In this document: in pieces, positions 21,201 through 34,502 of the stretch
Position numbering within the stretch: the stretch's first letter is position 1
Layout of the letters: each line of letters begins with the position of its first letter
Assembly: GCF_002854065.1 (NCBI RefSeq)
Contig: NZ_CP024151.1
Strand: one strand, 5' to 3'
Origin: Escherichia coli
GTDB lineage: Bacteria; Pseudomonadota; Gammaproteobacteria; Enterobacterales; Enterobacteriaceae
Length of the DNA: 64,000 bases
Position numbers and translations under genes: made by a program
Notes under the pieces: generated by a model
Seen by the model: only the letters and a program-made list of their open reading frames with translations
Databases searched by the model: none
Told to the model about the DNA's origin: nothing

Positions 21201-22482
21201 CTCTTCTGCAACCGACAAACTGGTAATTAAAGGCGATGCGTCCGGTAAGACCCGAGTGGCTGTTACGAATGTTGGTGGTTCAGGCGCTAATACGCTGAAT
21301 AGTATTGAAGTTATTCATGTTGATGGTAATGCAGCTAACGCTGAATTTATTCAGGCCGGACGTATAGCGGCCGGCGCTTATGACTACACTCTTGGACGTG
21401 GGCCGGGAAGCAACTATGGAAACTGGTATCTGAGCAGTAGTAAAAACACTCCAGAACCAAGGCCTGATCCTGAACCTACTCCGGAAGGGCATGATAACAA
21501 CCTGCGCCCGGAAGCCAGCTCCTATACCGCGAATATAGCTGCGGCAAACACCATGTTTGTGACCCGCCTTCATGAACGTCTGGGGCAGACGCAATACGTC
21601 GATGCAATTACCGGAGAACCGAAAGCAACCAGTATGTGGATGCGCCATGAAGGAGGACATAACCGCTGGCGCGACGGTTCTGGTCAACTGAAAACTCAAA
21701 GTAATCGTTATGTGATTCAACTGGGTGGTGATATCGCACAATGGGATTGGGGTGGAACTAACCGCTGGCATCTGGGGGTTATGGCTGGTTACGGTAACAA
21801 CCATAGCAGTACAGGTGCAGTACGCACCGGATACCATTCAAAAGGCAGCGTAAATGGTTACAGTACCGGGCTGTATGCTACCTGGTATGCTGATGATGAG
21901 ACTCATAACGGAGCTTATCTGGATACCTGGGCTCAGTACGGCTGGTTCGATAACCATGTGAAAGGTGACGGACTGCCGGGTGAATCCTGGAAATCAAAAG
22001 GACTTACCGCCTCACTGGAAACAGGTTATGCCTGGAAAATCGGGGAATTCAGCAGCAACTATGGCAATCTGAACGAATGGTATGTTCAGCCTCAGGCCCA
22101 GCTTGTCTGGATGGGGGTTAAAGCTGATGAACTCTATGAAAGTAACGGTACTCTTATTGAAAGCACCGGAGACGGTAATGTCCATACCCGTCTGGGCGTG
22201 AAAACCTGGATTAAAAGGCTCAATAAAATGGATGATGGTAAATCACGTGAGTTCAGCCCATTTGTGGAGGTGAACTGGTTGCATAATACCCGTGATTTTG
22301 GGGTTCGTATGAACGGCGAACCGGTGTATCAGGATGGTACCCGTAATATCGGAGAGGTCAAAACTGGTGTGGAAGGTCAAATAAATCCCCATCTGAACCT
22401 GTGGGGGAATGTGAGAGTTCAAGTTGGTGATAAAGGGTATAACGACACCTCAGCCATGCTGGGTGTGAAGTATACATTCTGA
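18295..22482 (+). CDS. Type Va autotransporter, adhesin-like (AIDA/pertactin-type beta-helical passenger, C-terminal beta-barrel)
   Basis: 1395-aa ORF; repetitive G/N/T-rich passenger, proline-rich linker PEPRPDPEPTPE, C-terminal barrel ending in the aromatic motif GVKYTF; no serine-protease GDSGS motif, so not SPATE-like; low-GC, AT-rich upstream region. Confidence 0.8.
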   Translation: MSHKFYYVISFLLSLASSPSIGDEMNCQRYFCFVNGIVEIRTAPEEYQNKPVLVGSQSDGLLIIDNHADIEDGIFSTLHIGNGYNGAVDVINGAALHMDNRSGSAPLIVGAFGNDIAGKLNISGRNSIVSYRDTPSSSGHNESIYVGFGPGATGWINIFNGGVFEVLNSTNIYVGSDTPGGGDGSIVIDGSNSKMTADFSEAYVGLYGNGDISLKNGGQLSASNLYIGGNGRAIVNISGTDSRLIANMITISGSSGAPGIYIADQGILNVDNYINITTANDTKGKLFINSDMPGTIESKGILFGVGKAELIFKHNSDNYAFSSPLISKNTGNGIINAESGETHLTGDNTDYSGLLNILPTASIDISSQKNIGKSVIVNNGVLQITSQDDWTFNNNMTGNGYLNVHTGGHNFAFQNSTNTQEFTGTLALSDTLFDLSDDNTTALTSALVLAGVGSVITAGTGTQVINGFSFDGGAVNFGAVTQGAQQTESQIQVTDNLYINGNGAVRVSTPTDVNGIPQVINSSLSLLEQDDSNATIKLVDASSAVVKGNGGNLQLQDASGQVISSGKQRNIVQLGKNVAKGVYDYRLTSGPHNDGLYIGYALTQLDLLASGVDALVLDAAGTTGNAADMSARITGAGDLAFNSQKGETVSLSNQDNDYTGVTAIRGGNVLMNSNSVLGQTSEIRLATDTRLDMNGHSQTVGKLNGAAGSVLNINGGNLTLTDDGVSAGTLTGGGFLNISGGVLDITGGNHTFAVSTIIAKDATVRMNDVSGLGTGNISNAGTLSLTHASGLLSNNLSGSGTVSLINSDTQISGNNSNYSGLFVVDTSSQLTATGAQNLGIASVSNRGILQLNNTTDWQLINNVTGTGNVRKTGSGSLTVRSNAAWSGQTDIDDGSLILGQSDAPVMLASSLVNIAKNGKLTGFGGVVGNVTNSGSLDLRSAAPGNILTIGGNYTGNNGTLLINTVLDDSSSATDKLVIKGDASGKTRVAVTNVGGSGANTLNSIEVIHVDGNAANAEFIQAGRIAAGAYDYTLGRGPGSNYGNWYLSSSKNTPEPRPDPEPTPEGHDNNLRPEASSYTANIAAANTMFVTRLHERLGQTQYVDAITGEPKATSMWMRHEGGHNRWRDGSGQLKTQSNRYVIQLGGDIAQWDWGGTNRWHLGVMAGYGNNHSSTGAVRTGYHSKGSVNGYSTGLYATWYADDETHNGAYLDTWAQYGWFDNHVKGDGLPGESWKSKGLTASLETGYAWKIGEFSSNYGNLNEWYVQPQAQLVWMGVKADELYESNGTLIESTGDGNVHTRLGVKTWIKRLNKMDDGKSREFSPFVEVNWLHNTRDFGVRMNGEPVYQDGTRNIGEVKTGVEGQINPHLNLWGNVRVQVGDKGYNDTSAMLGVKYTF

Positions 22483-22515
22483 CTATGGTTTTCTGTAAAT
22501 TCAAAATATACTTAG

Positions 22516-23710
<1,195 letters not shown>

Positions 23711-23829
23711 CTGGGTAATCTCAGAACATCCTGTGCGACTGCTAGCCCCGGCTCACCTGCTCGGAATAAGGGACCGTAACTATCTTTTTTCGGAGCTAGG
23801 TTGAAAAAAGAATGTAGTGGATCACAAAA

Positions 23830-24314
<485 letters not shown>

Positions 24315-24341
24315 CAGACGCGGTTTGATGCGGCGGGGTTA

Positions 24342-25753
<1,412 letters not shown>

Positions 25754-25863
25754 TTATAGTACAATAAATTCGATATCCAAGCTGACCTCAAAAGCTTTAT
25801 TCCGTTTTACTGACATCCAACCATTCAGCAGCAGTAATGGAAGCAAGGCAAGAGCATTTATTC

Positions 25864-26670
25864 TCAGGATAATTGTTTCAGCATCGCAATAGCATCAGAC
25901 TCAGGCATCAAAAACTGCACCCGGTGCCGTGCAGCCACATCCAGTGCAAACACCTTCGTGTAGACCTCCGTTGAGCTGATGGACTTATGCCCCATCAGAC
26001 TCTGCAGAACCTTCAGCGGTATACCGGCATACAGCATGTGCATCGCATAGGAATGGCGGAACGTATGTGGTGTGACCGGAACAGAGAACGTCACACCGTC
26101 AGCAGCAGCGGCGGCAACCGCCTGCCCAATCCAGGTCCTGACCGTTCTGTCCGTCACTTCCCAGATCCGCGCTTTCTCTGTCCTGCCTGTTCGTTTATTA
26201 CGCCGTTCCATGGGGATTTTCAGTGTTGCCACCATCGTCTGCAGCTGGCTGACGTACCAGGAGTCAGAGAGCGGAACCAGCCGGTGAGTCTGCTGCCCGG
26301 CTGGCGTTCTTCCTGCCGTCCTGGCTGCTTTTTCTGTCCGCTGCTTCAGAGTGGCCAGCTGCACAAACGGATACGGAGGCGCGAGCGAAAAATCCCCCCG
26401 CGTCAGCGCCAGTGCTTCATTAATGCGCGCACCGGTGTTCCACAGTGTGGCCAGCAGCATCTTGCGGCGCAGATCCGGGACGTAATGGAGCAGGGCACTC
26501 ACTTCAAGGGCGAGCAGGTATTTTGGCAGTTCATCATGAACCATCGACATCTGGCGGAGTGCCAGCGCAGCCGGATAATCAATGGCAACAGGCAGCGATG
26601 CAGGCTGTCCGGCAGAATACACTGCCGGTACCATGACTGCAGACTGGCTGTGTATAACGGAGCCTGACAT
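25864..26670 (-). CDS. resD: Tyrosine recombinase / resolvase ResD
   Basis: 268-aa ORF with C-terminal ...HTFRHSYAMHMLYAGIPLKVLQSLMGHKSISSTEVYTKVF; sits immediately downstream of ccdAB as in F-like plasmids. Confidence 0.8.
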   Translation of the reverse strand: MSGSVIHSQSAVMVPAVYSAGQPASLPVAIDYPAALALRQMSMVHDELPKYLLALEVSALLHYVPDLRRKMLLATLWNTGARINEALALTRGDFSLAPPYPFVQLATLKQRTEKAARTAGRTPAGQQTHRLVPLSDSWYVSQLQTMVATLKIPMERRNKRTGRTEKARIWEVTDRTVRTWIGQAVAAAAADGVTFSVPVTPHTFRHSYAMHMLYAGIPLKVLQSLMGHKSISSTEVYTKVFALDVAARHRVQFLMPESDAIAMLKQLS

Positions 26671-27196
<526 letters not shown>

Positions 27197-28011
27197 AATG
27201 CACCTCATCCTACATACTCTCTATACACAATTAAGTATACACCAGTATTACGCTATAGCATGCCTCAGGCAATGGAATATTGTTATCAGGCTATTATTAA
27301 CACTCACATCAATAACCAACACAAAAAGTAACCATGGCAGTAATAACCAGCAATGTAGTAACCATGCTAAATTACAGAATAACTGTTTTTTCATGATCCG
27401 ATTTTTATAGGATTCAGGAATTTCAGGAAGTTGATCACGATCAGTGAATAAGCGAAGTGATCTTTTCTGCCGCTGATGACTGGCTCGCGAACACGGGAAT
27501 AAACACAACATACAGTGTTATGTCAGCGGGCATGAACACAACATCCTGTGAAATCTGGCCAACGGACGGCAGCGAAGGATCTGCGGATCCGGAACAACCA
27601 GAAATCGGATCTCAGGAGAGGAGAAGAAGGATTATTGCCGAAAAGTCAAAAAAACGGCACATTGTTGCGGTGAATGGATTATTGCACAGAAAGCAAAATT
27701 TAAGGATTACTGCCCCTGATACAGCAACAAAGAGGGAAGGGAAACTTTTTTTCAGTTTTTTTACCGACCGGCCTTAAAGGCCGCATCGGATTTCCTAAAT
27801 ACAGTTTTAGAGAAGGTAAATTCTATGACTGTATTTTTGATGGCTATTGCCTACGGCATTTTAAAAACTAGGTGTTTCATTTTATTGGTAGTTAAGGGGT
27901 ATCCGGGCTGGACATTATTCTGGAAAAACTATGACCGTCTCCCTCATATCATCCGTTCCCGCTGCCGATACCAGAGACGATTCATGTTCAGACGCATCTG
28001 GAAGCGAGTCT

Positions 28012-28302
28012 TCAGCGACTGATAATGTTATCGAGCGGCATACCCAGTCCGGCCAGCCAGCACAGGCAGCACCAGGTGGTGTACACCATACTGGTCTCGC
28101 CGGATTTCCACTTACAGATGGTGCGTTCGTCCACAGTCAGCCGGTTGGCCAGCTGGCTGTCAGTCAGGAAGATAAGTCCCCTGACCAGCTGGATTTCGTC
28201 GACTGTGGGCTTCTGCCAGTCTTCTCCGCTGACCAGCGTATAGCCATTAAATTTTTTGGCCTCGATAAGATCGCTGAAATACCTTTCGGTATCCGCATTC
28301 AT
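28012..28302 (-). CDS. HTH-XRE DNA-binding protein, HigA-like putative antitoxin
   Basis: 96-aa ORF with helix-turn-helix segment LTDSQLANRLTVDERTICKWKSGET; 4-bp overlap with the upstream small ORF. Confidence 0.5.
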   Translation of the reverse strand: MNADTERYFSDLIEAKKFNGYTLVSGEDWQKPTVDEIQLVRGLIFLTDSQLANRLTVDERTICKWKSGETSMVYTTWCCLCWLAGLGMPLDNIISR

Positions 28303-28462
28303 AATTCATCCTCCTGAGCAGATTGCCACAGCACCGGGTTTTCCAGCGTGTAATAATAGCCATGATCCAAATCCTGCTTATCCAGATACTCATTAAGCTT
28401 GCTTATCTCATAGGCTGAATAAAAAGTACTGGAAGAGCCAACATTATACATATCGATTGTTG
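28299..28462 (-). pseudogene. Small upstream partner ORF (toxin-like position) whose 5' end is replaced by an IS2 end
   Basis: The track ORF (28299-28490) draws its first codons from IS2 terminal-repeat sequence beginning at 28463; only about 50 native codons remain. Confidence 0.35.
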
Positions 28463-28583
28463 TAGACTGGCCCCCTGAATCTCCAGACAACCAATATCAC
28501 TTAAATAAGTGATAGTCTTAATACTAGTTTTTAGACTAGTCATTGGAGAGCAGATGATTGATGTCTTAGGACCGGAGAAACGT
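28463..28583 (+). mobile_element. IS2 left-end fragment (about 121 bp)
   Basis: TAGACTGGCCCCCTGAATCTCCAGACAACCAATATCACTTAAATAAGTGATAGTC... matches the IS2 left end at 36102-36222, then diverges after ...GGACCGGAGAAACG. Confidence 0.8.
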
Positions 28584-28600
28584 GAATCGCCACGGATAAT

Positions 28601-29236
28601 TTAGACACTTCCGAGCCGTTGATAATACTGGTTTTCATATTCTGTCGGTGACATCTGATCGCTGGAACCATGCCGACGCTTACTGTTATAAAACATTTCG
28701 ATGTAATCAAAAATATCGCTGCGGGCTTCTTCCCGCGTTCCGTAGATCTTTTTCTTTATCCGTTCGCGTTTCAACAACTGGAAAAAGCTTTCTGCAACCG
28801 CATTATCATGGCAGTTACCGCGACGGCTCATGCTGCCCTCCAGGCCGTGTGATTTCAGGAACGACTGCCATTCATGGCTTGTGTACTGACTGCCCTGATC
28901 CGAATGAACCAGCACCTGTTTTTGGGGATTACGCCGCCATACAGCCATCAGCAGTGCGTTCAGGACAATGTCTTTTGTCATCCGGGATTGCATGGACCAG
29001 CCGATAATTTTGCGTGAGAACAGATCAACAACCACGGCAAGATACAGCCAGCCTTCGTGGGTCCTTATGTAGGTTATGTCCGTTACCCAACGCTCATCCG
29101 GAGCATCCGGATTGAACTGTCGCTGAAGCCTGTTGGGCGACACGATACTGGCCTTGCCTTTACGAGCCCGCGGGCTCCGGTATCCGACCTGAGCCTTTAT
29201 CCCGATACGTTTCATCAGTCGCCAGACTCTGTTCAC
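28601..29236 (-). pseudogene. IS3-family transposase OrfB fragment (integrase core, N-terminus missing)
   Basis: ...[33 protein letters not shown]...HSDQGSQYTS... DDE integrase core of an IS3-family OrfB; no orfA upstream. Confidence 0.65.
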
Positions 29237-29324
29237 TCCGCACTGTTGCCCGCTGTCCCGCAGATCTAAATGGATTTTGCGATAACCGTAAGCGTACAGC
29301 GAGGGCCGTATTGACGGGGATGTG

Positions 29325-30026
29325 TTATTCAGCTGGCAGTGCTATGCGCCACGGAAGCAGTTCGCTGACCCGGTTGACCGGCCAGTCTGCTATGACGCCA
29401 AGCACATGGCGAAGGTAGCTTTCTGGATCCACGTCATTCAGTTTGCACGTCCCGATCAGGCTGTACAGTAGCGCTCCCCGCTCACCACCATGGTCAGAGC
29501 CGAAGAACAGGAAGTTTTTACGACCCAGACTGACCGCCCGCAGGGCATTTTCAGCGATGTTGTTGTCGATTTCCACCCAGCCATCGTTCGCATAGTACGT
29601 CAGTGCCGGCCACTGGTTAAGTGCGTACGCGAACGCCTTCGCCAACTCTGAGTGTCGCGACAGGGTCTTCATCTTTTCACGCAACCAGCTTTCCAGGGAT
29701 TTCAACAGCGGTTTCGTTTTTCGCTGACGTTCAGCAAGCCGCTGCTCTGCCGGCATTCCCCTTATATCCGCCTCTATGGCGTACAACTGACCGATCTGCT
29801 CCAGGGCTGCTTCCGTCAGTGCTGACGGGATGCGGACGTGCACATCGTGGATCTTTCGGCGGGCATGAGCCCAGCAGGCAGCTTCCGTTATCCGACCATT
29901 GCGATACAGCTCGTTGAACCCGGCGTACGCATCCGCTTGCAGCACACCGCTGAAGCAAGCAAGATGAGTCTGCGGATGGATGCCTTTTCTGTCCGGGCTG
30001 TAAGCGAACCACACTGCAGGTGCCAA
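29325..30026 (-). pseudogene. IS66-family transposase (TnpC) C-terminal fragment
   Basis: 233-aa ORF ...[13 protein letters not shown]...[63 protein letters not shown]... is the characteristic IS66 TnpC C-terminal region. Confidence 0.7.
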
Positions 30027-30122
30027 CGCTGACCCGGCATTGCGGTCATCACGAACATGATCTTACCCAGCAATAGTGGACACGCGGCTAAGTGAGTAAA
30101 CTCTCAGTCAGAGGTGACTCAC

Positions 30123-30422
30123 ATGACAAAAACAGTATCAACCAGTAAAAAACCCCGTAAACAGCATTCGCCTGAATTTCGCAGTGAAGCCCTGAAGCTT
30201 GCTGAACGCATCGGTGTTACTGCCGCAGCCCGTGAACTCAGCCTGTATGAATCACAGCTCTACAACTGGCGCAGTAAACAGCAAAATCAGCAGACGTCTT
30301 CTGAACGTGAACTGGAGATGTCTACCGAGATTGCACGTCTCAAACGCCAGCTGGCAGAACGGGATGAAGAGCTGGCTATCCTCCAAAAGGCCGCGACATA
30401 CTTCGCGAAGCGCCTGAAATGA
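30123..30422 (+). CDS. insE: IS3 OrfA (InsE)
   Basis: [54 protein letters not shown]... Confidence 0.85.
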
Positions 30423-31237
30423 AGTATGTCTTTATTGAAAAACATCAGGCTGAGTTCAGCATCAAAGCAATGTGCCGCGTGCTCCGGGTGGCCCGCAGCG
30501 GCTGGTATACGTGGTGTCAGCGGCGGACAAGGATAAGCACGCGTCAGCAGTTCCGCCAACACTGCGACAGCGTTGTCCTCGCGGCTTTTACCCGGTCAAA
30601 ACAGCGTTACGGTGCCCCACGCCTGACGGATGAACTGCGTGCTCAGGGTTACCCCTTTAACGTAAAAACCGTGGCGGCAAGCCTGCGCCGTCAGGGACTG
30701 AGGGCAAAGGCCTCCCGGAAGTTCAGCCCGGTCAGCTACCGCGCACACGGCCTGCCTGTGTCAGAAAATCTGTTGGAGCAGGATTTTTACGCCAGTGGCC
30801 CGAACCAGAAGTGGGCAGGAGACATCACGTACTTACGTACAGATGAAGGCTGGCTGTATCTGGCAGTGGTCATTGACCTGTGGTCACGTGCCGTTATTGG
30901 CTGGTCAATGTCGCCACGCATGACGGCGCAACTGGCCTGCGATGCCCTGCAGATGGCGCTGTGGCGGCGTAAGAGGCCCCGGAACGTTATCGTTCACACG
31001 GACCGTGGAGGCCAGTACTGTTCAGCAGATTATCAGGCGCAACTGAAGCGGCATAATCTGCGTGGAAGTATGAGCGCAAAAGGTTGCTGCTACGATAATG
31101 CCTGCGTGGAAAGCTTCTTTCATTCGCTGAAAGTGGAATGTATCCATGGAGAACACTTTATCAGCCGGGAAATAATGCGGGCAACGGTGTTTAATTATAT
31201 CGAATGTGATTACAATCGGTGGCGGCGGCACAGTTGA
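30419..31237 (+). CDS. insF: IS3 OrfB (InsF); ends at a TGA that may be a premature stop
   Basis: DDE integrase core ...[33 protein letters not shown]...; reading frame stops after ...NRWRRHS, with in-frame coding-like sequence continuing to 31285. Confidence 0.8.
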
Positions 31238-31427
31238 TGTGGCGGCCTCAGTCCGGAACAATTTGAAAACCAGAACCTCGCTTAGGCCTGTGTCCATATT
31301 ACGTGGGTAGGATCATTTCGCCTGCCGGGAGTCACATTTTTCTGCATATCTGACACTTTGGTTCCCACTACTTATTTGGTGGACACCACTTTGTCTAATT
31401 CGTCAGATTCTGGGTAATGACTCCAAC

Positions 31428-31931
31428 TTATTGATAGTGTTTTATGTTCAGATAATGCCCGATGACTTTGTCATGCAGCTCCACCGATTTTGAGAACGAC
31501 AGCGACTTCCGTCCCAGCCGTGCCAGGTGCTGCCTCAGATTCAGGTTATGCCGCTCAATTCGCTGCGTATATCGCTTGCTGATTACGTGCAGCTTTCCCT
31601 TCAGGCGGGATTCATACAGCGGCCAGCCATCCGTCATCCATATCACCACGTCAAAGGGTGACAGCAGGCTCATAAGACGCCCCAGCGTCGCCATAGTGCG
31701 TTCACCGAATACGTGCGCAACAACCGTCTTCCGGAGACTGTCATACGCGTAAAACAGCCAGCGCTGGCGCGATTTAGCCCCGACATAGCCCCACTGTTCG
31801 TCCATTTCCGCGCAGACGATGACGTCACTGCCCGGCTGTATGCGCGAGGTTACCGACTGCGGCCTGAGTTTTTTAAGTGACGTAAAATCGTGTTGAGGCC
31901 AACGCCCATAATGCGGGCTGTTGCCCGGCAT
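31428..31931 (-). CDS. insB: IS1 InsB (expressed as an InsAB' frameshift fusion)
   Basis: ...[71 protein letters not shown]... Confidence 0.9.
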   Translation of the reverse strand: MPGNSPHYGRWPQHDFTSLKKLRPQSVTSRIQPGSDVIVCAEMDEQWGYVGAKSRQRWLFYAYDSLRKTVVAHVFGERTMATLGRLMSLLSPFDVVIWMTDGWPLYESRLKGKLHVISKRYTQRIERHNLNLRQHLARLGRKSLSFSKSVELHDKVIGHYLNIKHYQ

Positions 31932-32125
31932 CCAACGCCATTCATGGCTATATCAATGATTTTCTGGTGCGTACCGGGTTGAGAAGCGGTGTAAGTGAAC
32001 TGCAGTTGCCATGTTTTACGGCAGTGAGAGCAGAGATAGCGCTGATGTCCGGCGGTGCTTTTGCCGTTACGCACCACCCCGTCAGTAGCTGAACAGGAGG
32101 GACAGCTGATAGAAACAGAAGCCAC
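31850..32125 (-). CDS. insA: IS1 InsA
   Basis: [58 protein letters not shown]... Confidence 0.9.
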   Translation of the reverse strand: MASVSISCPSCSATDGVVRNGKSTAGHQRYLCSHCRKTWQLQFTYTASQPGTHQKIIDIAMNGVGCRATARIMGVGLNTILRHLKNSGRSR

Positions 32126-32383
32126 TGGAGCACCTCAAAAACACCATCATACACTAAATCAGTAAGTTGGCAGCATCACCAGATTCTGACCAGACGGTTC
32201 AGGCTGTACGCTTACGGTTGTCGTGAAGGAGGGGGAAGACCATCTCATCGCTTACTGATGTTCCTGTTACTATATCTATTGAATCCTGGCTATAAGTTCG
32301 CTGTTTAAAGAATTATATGAATAGCACCAATTAATAAGTTAATATTAAAAAGAAGACAGACCTTCTAAATAAACGCATTGAAT

Positions 32384-32641
32384 CTATGTTCCCTTGTGAG
32401 TGTTTTTACGTTTGGCGGGAGGCCTGGAACCTCGGGATTTAACTTTTCTTTTTATATTTTTGATAAAATCATCAATAGAAAACTGAATCGTCTCTGATAA
32501 ATACTGTTGAGCTATATCTGTACTCTGTTTTTCTAAATCAGAAGCTTTCTTTGTTTCAAGAACAGATTTGATTAACTCCTTACGTTGTGTACACCAAATC
32601 TCGTCAGATGAACAGTATTTTTTATTTTCGTGTTTGTTCAT
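32384..32641 (-). CDS. Hypothetical small basic protein (85 aa)
   Basis: ORF immediately downstream of the sulfatase gene on the same strand; Lys-rich; no recognised family. Confidence 0.3.
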   Translation of the reverse strand: MNKHENKKYCSSDEIWCTQRKELIKSVLETKKASDLEKQSTDIAQQYLSETIQFSIDDFIKNIKRKVKSRGSRPPAKRKNTHKGT

Positions 32642-32709
32642 TATTTATTGCTCTAACTGATTTATTTCCCTATATCCAGGGAGTAGATATATCTACTCCC
32701 TGCTTATTA

Positions 32710-34407
32710 TCATTTCACGTTAGTTAAAGATTTTTTTATATTCTCAAATTTGGCTTGGTTGATATCACTGATCGGTTTTTGACTTGACGTGATGAAGTCA
32801 ATCATAACAGCCTTCATATTCTTAACCACATCAGGATGGGATGCAGAGAGATCTTTAGTTTGTTGCAGATCGTTGATATCGTACAGAGCTAGTTTATTCT
32901 CTGCATAGGTGTAAACCAGAGAATAATCGTTGCTTCTTACAGTGTATGCAAACTGGCTTAAGTCTTCTGTATGTGGGTTGTGCGGATAATCATCAGACTC
33001 TTTTCTCACGAATTTATGATATCCGTTCCAGAATGCAGTGTTCTCTTCGTCCCACCAGTGAGAATAAGAGGTAATCCAGGACAGATATTTGTGAGGTTCG
33101 CCAGCTGCAGATTTCTTATCAGCTCCTTTCTGTACATATGGCAATAATGATACACCATCTAGTTTCAGAGAAGCAGGGATCTTGATATCTGCGGCATCTA
33201 AAGCGGTCGGATAGAAGTCCATTGATGAAACCAGTTTGTCATAATCACCCGTTTTCAGCTTGCCATTCCACCACATGAACATAGGTGTATGCATACCACC
33301 CGGATACGGTTGGCCTTTGTAACCAGCCTGCGCACCATTCAGTGGCAGTGGACCATCAATTACAGCACCGTTATCAGAGGTGAACAGAATGATGGTGTTG
33401 TCGTACTGACCTTTTTCCTTAAGTGTATTCAGGATCTTTTTAACCCCCTGGTCAACGGAGTAAATTGACGCATAATAGTTATCAGCAGTCTTGCTACCAG
33501 TGTTGAATTTCTCCTGATAGTTTTTAGGCGCAGGCTGATCGTTAGGCAGGTGTGGTGCACTGTATGCCAGATAAATCATAAATGGCTGTTCCAGTTTGCT
33601 TGCACGGTCAATTACACCAATTGCTTCATCAGTTAATTGATCACTAATGTACCCTTCAGCTTTAATGTTTTCACGGTTACGGAACAATGACGGGGAGTTA
33701 TAAAGTGAAACGCCGGATGCGTGATAGCCCATGAAGTAGTTGAAGCCACGATTCTGAGGTTGCCATTCTTCTGCGGAGAAGGTGGTGAAGTTATCGTGGT
33801 AGTCACGGGTTTGTTTTTCTTCAGGCACACCTACGTTGCTGATTTTTGATAAGTGCCACTTACCGATTGCTGCAGTGTAATAACCATGATTCTGAAGTAA
33901 TTCAGACAGGAATGTTTCTTCCAGAGGGATACCATCCTGTGCATCAGAATTTGAATATACACCGAAGCGAGCAGGAGCTCGCGCCGTCAGGATTGCGGCA
34001 CGTGAAGGGCCAGAGACACCGTGTGCAACATAGCCGTTAGTGAATTTTACACCTTCGTCCATCAGGGCCGCTAATGTTGGAGTGGATTTTTTTGCAGCTT
34101 CAATTGCTTTATCAATACCTATTTTGTATGTATCAACAACATTTCGGTTATCCATCGTTTTAGGGTCAAATGAACTATCATCAAAAGGCAATTGTCCATA
34201 CCCTAAATCATCCATTGTTAAAACAATGATATTTGGCTTACCTTTAGTGCTGTATTCCGTCGGCGTGAAGTCCGCAAAGGCAACATTGGTTTTTGTTGCT
34301 TTGAGCTTAACATCATCTGCTGCATTTGCAGTACTCATCATCAGACCAGATGCTAATATAAGTGATATTGATGAGTTAAGCAGTTTTTTATTTAACTGAT
34401 GTTCCAT
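32710..34407 (-). CDS. Periplasmic sulfatase (alkaline-phosphatase superfamily), Ser-type
   Basis: Signal peptide; metal-binding N-terminal block IIVLTMDDLGYGQ; formylglycine-site motif S-G-P-S-R-AAILTAR with Ser rather than Cys; about 565 aa. Confidence 0.75.
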   Translation of the reverse strand: MEHQLNKKLLNSSISLILASGLMMSTANAADDVKLKATKTNVAFADFTPTEYSTKGKPNIIVLTMDDLGYGQLPFDDSSFDPKTMDNRNVVDTYKIGIDKAIEAAKKSTPTLAALMDEGVKFTNGYVAHGVSGPSRAAILTARAPARFGVYSNSDAQDGIPLEETFLSELLQNHGYYTAAIGKWHLSKISNVGVPEEKQTRDYHDNFTTFSAEEWQPQNRGFNYFMGYHASGVSLYNSPSLFRNRENIKAEGYISDQLTDEAIGVIDRASKLEQPFMIYLAYSAPHLPNDQPAPKNYQEKFNTGSKTADNYYASIYSVDQGVKKILNTLKEKGQYDNTIILFTSDNGAVIDGPLPLNGAQAGYKGQPYPGGMHTPMFMWWNGKLKTGDYDKLVSSMDFYPTALDAADIKIPASLKLDGVSLLPYVQKGADKKSAAGEPHKYLSWITSYSHWWDEENTAFWNGYHKFVRKESDDYPHNPHTEDLSQFAYTVRSNDYSLVYTYAENKLALYDINDLQQTKDLSASHPDVVKNMKAVMIDFITSSQKPISDINQAKFENIKKSLTNVK

Positions 34408-34502
34408 ATGGTATTCCTTCTGAGTTGCATCACGAACATTTATTAATAATAAAAGCCTCTGATATAAATAAAAACTATGTAAATCGTTTAAATGGATACC
34501 TG

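Larger units (their letters stand above)
30059..31315 (+). mobile_element. IS3 (about 1257 bp)
   Basis: Left end TGATCTTACCCAGCAATAGTGGACACGCGG... at 30059, right end ...GGGTAGGATCA at 31315; orfA and orfB in a -1 frameshift arrangement. Confidence 0.85.
31413..32180 (-). mobile_element. IS1 (768 bp) with 8-bp target-site duplication AGATTCTG
   Basis: Ends GGTAATGACTCCAACTTATTGAT (31413-) and reverse-complement GGTGATGCTGCCAACTTACTGAT (-32180); identical 8-mer AGATTCTG at 31405-31412 and 32181-32188. Confidence 0.9.

Noticed and set aside
20116-21837. Antisense ORFs within the autotransporter gene (20116-20544, 20379-20624, 20778-21089, 21280-21837)
   Set aside because: They are embedded in a 4.2-kb gene with coherent passenger and barrel organisation; the reverse-strand translations are low-complexity.
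25987-26667. 226-aa plus-strand ORF opposite resD
   Set aside because: It is antisense to a recombinase ORF with intact catalytic motifs; the Arg/Pro-rich translation suggests a frame artefact.
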